A stretch of DNA of 64,000 bases, taken from contig CATNEN010000034.1 of assembly GCA_950097015.1 (NCBI GenBank), forward strand, positions 7,192,001 to 7,256,000. Reading direction: 5' to 3'. Source of the DNA: Macrostomum hystrix. Its lineage: Eukaryota > Animalia > Platyhelminthes. The position numbers and the translations under genes were made by a program. Shown here one piece after another: positions 63,008 through 64,000 of this stretch (positions are counted from its first letter, which is position 1; the number at the start of each line of letters is the position of its first letter). The notes below the pieces were generated by a model that had not been told where the DNA came from, searched no databases, and saw only the letters and a program-made list of their open reading frames with translations.

Positions 63008-63860
63008 CCCGCCTCACCCCGCTTACCCCCCTCACTCCGTTTGCCCACCTCACTCCGCTTACCCACCTCACTCCGTTTGCCCACCTCACTCCGTTTGCCC
63101 ACCTCACTCCGCTTACCCACCTCACTCCGTTTGCCCACCTCACTCCGTTTGCCCACCTCACTCCGTTTGCCCACCTCACTCCGTTTGCCCACCTCACTCC
63201 GTTTGCCCACCTCACTCCGTTTGCCCACCTCACTCCGTTTGCCCACCTCACTCCGCTTACCCCCCTCACTCCGCTTACCCACCTCACTCCGTTTGCCCAC
63301 CTCACTCCGTTTGCCCACCTCACTCCGTTTGCCCACCTCACTCCGTTTGCCCACCTCACTCCGTTTGCCCACCTCACTCCGTTTGCCCACCTCACTCCGT
63401 TTGCCCACCTCACCCCGCTTACCCCCCTCACTCCGTTTGCCCACCTCACTCCGTTTGCCCCCCTCACTCCGTTTGCCCACCTCACTCCGTTTGCCCACCT
63501 CACTCCGTTTGCCCACCTCACTCCGTTTGCCCACCTCACTCCGTTTGCCCACCTCACTCCGCTTACCCCCCTCACTCCGTTTGCCCACCTTACTCCGTTT
63601 GCCCACCTCACTCCGCTAACCCCCCTCACTCCGCTTGCACACCTCACTCCGTTTGCCCACCTCACTCCGTTTGCCCACCTCACTCCGCTTACCCCCTCAC
63701 TCCGCTTGCACACCTCACCCCGCTTACCCACCTCACTCCGCTTACCCCCTCACTCCGCTTGCACACCTCACCCCGCTTACCCACCTCACTCCGTTTGCCC
63801 ACCTCACTCCGCTTACCCCCCTCACTCCGTTTGCCCACCTCACCCCGCTTAAACACCTTA
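63008..63860. repeat. 18-bp minisatellite (CCACCTCACTCCGTTTGC)n
   Basis: Direct; explains the overlapping repetitive ORFs. Confidence 0.96.
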
Positions 63861-64000
63861 CAGAGGTGAATTTAGTTCTTCGGTTTGACGAGAATTAGTC
63901 AATATTATATCATGATTTTCCGGGCGAATTAAGGTAGGAAAAAGCGAAAAACCTGAAAAATCGTTAACAAAAATAAACAAATAGTTTTCTTTGCTAACTG

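Overview
Eukaryotic (animal) genomic DNA: multi-exon genes with GT-AG introns, many mini/satellite arrays, SINEs and LINEs. The style (poly-Q/H exons, dense minisatellites, TTAGGG-like units) suggests a free-living flatworm such as Macrostomum, but that is inference. Genes rebuilt by hand from splice signals and reading phase: the 3' half of a TRPC-type channel (+); an antisense gene inside its intron encoding a secreted protein with a Notch-ligand-like N-terminal C2/MNNL domain (-); an EPHX3/4-like alpha/beta hydrolase (-); a 7-EC delta-protocadherin-like gene (-); two tandem paralogs of an unknown coiled-coil protein with a hydrophobic hairpin, both split by the same in-frame TAG (-); two tandem class C GPCRs (an intact mXR/mangetout-like gene and a diverged paralog lacking three ligand-binding-domain exons) plus a decayed 7TM exon; and a RING/TRAF-zinc-finger gene with no visible MATH domain. 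Mobile DNA: a 5'-truncated APE-RT-RNase H LINE (R1/Loa/I-type) with a 247-bp target-site duplication, a short related LINE 3' end, two tRNA-derived SINE families that share the LINE's 3' stem-loop, a MITE-like family, a Ty3/Gypsy relic and a possible RTE-derived element. No CRISPR, rRNA or true tRNA genes are supported. All alignments and folds were done by eye; no database searches were run.
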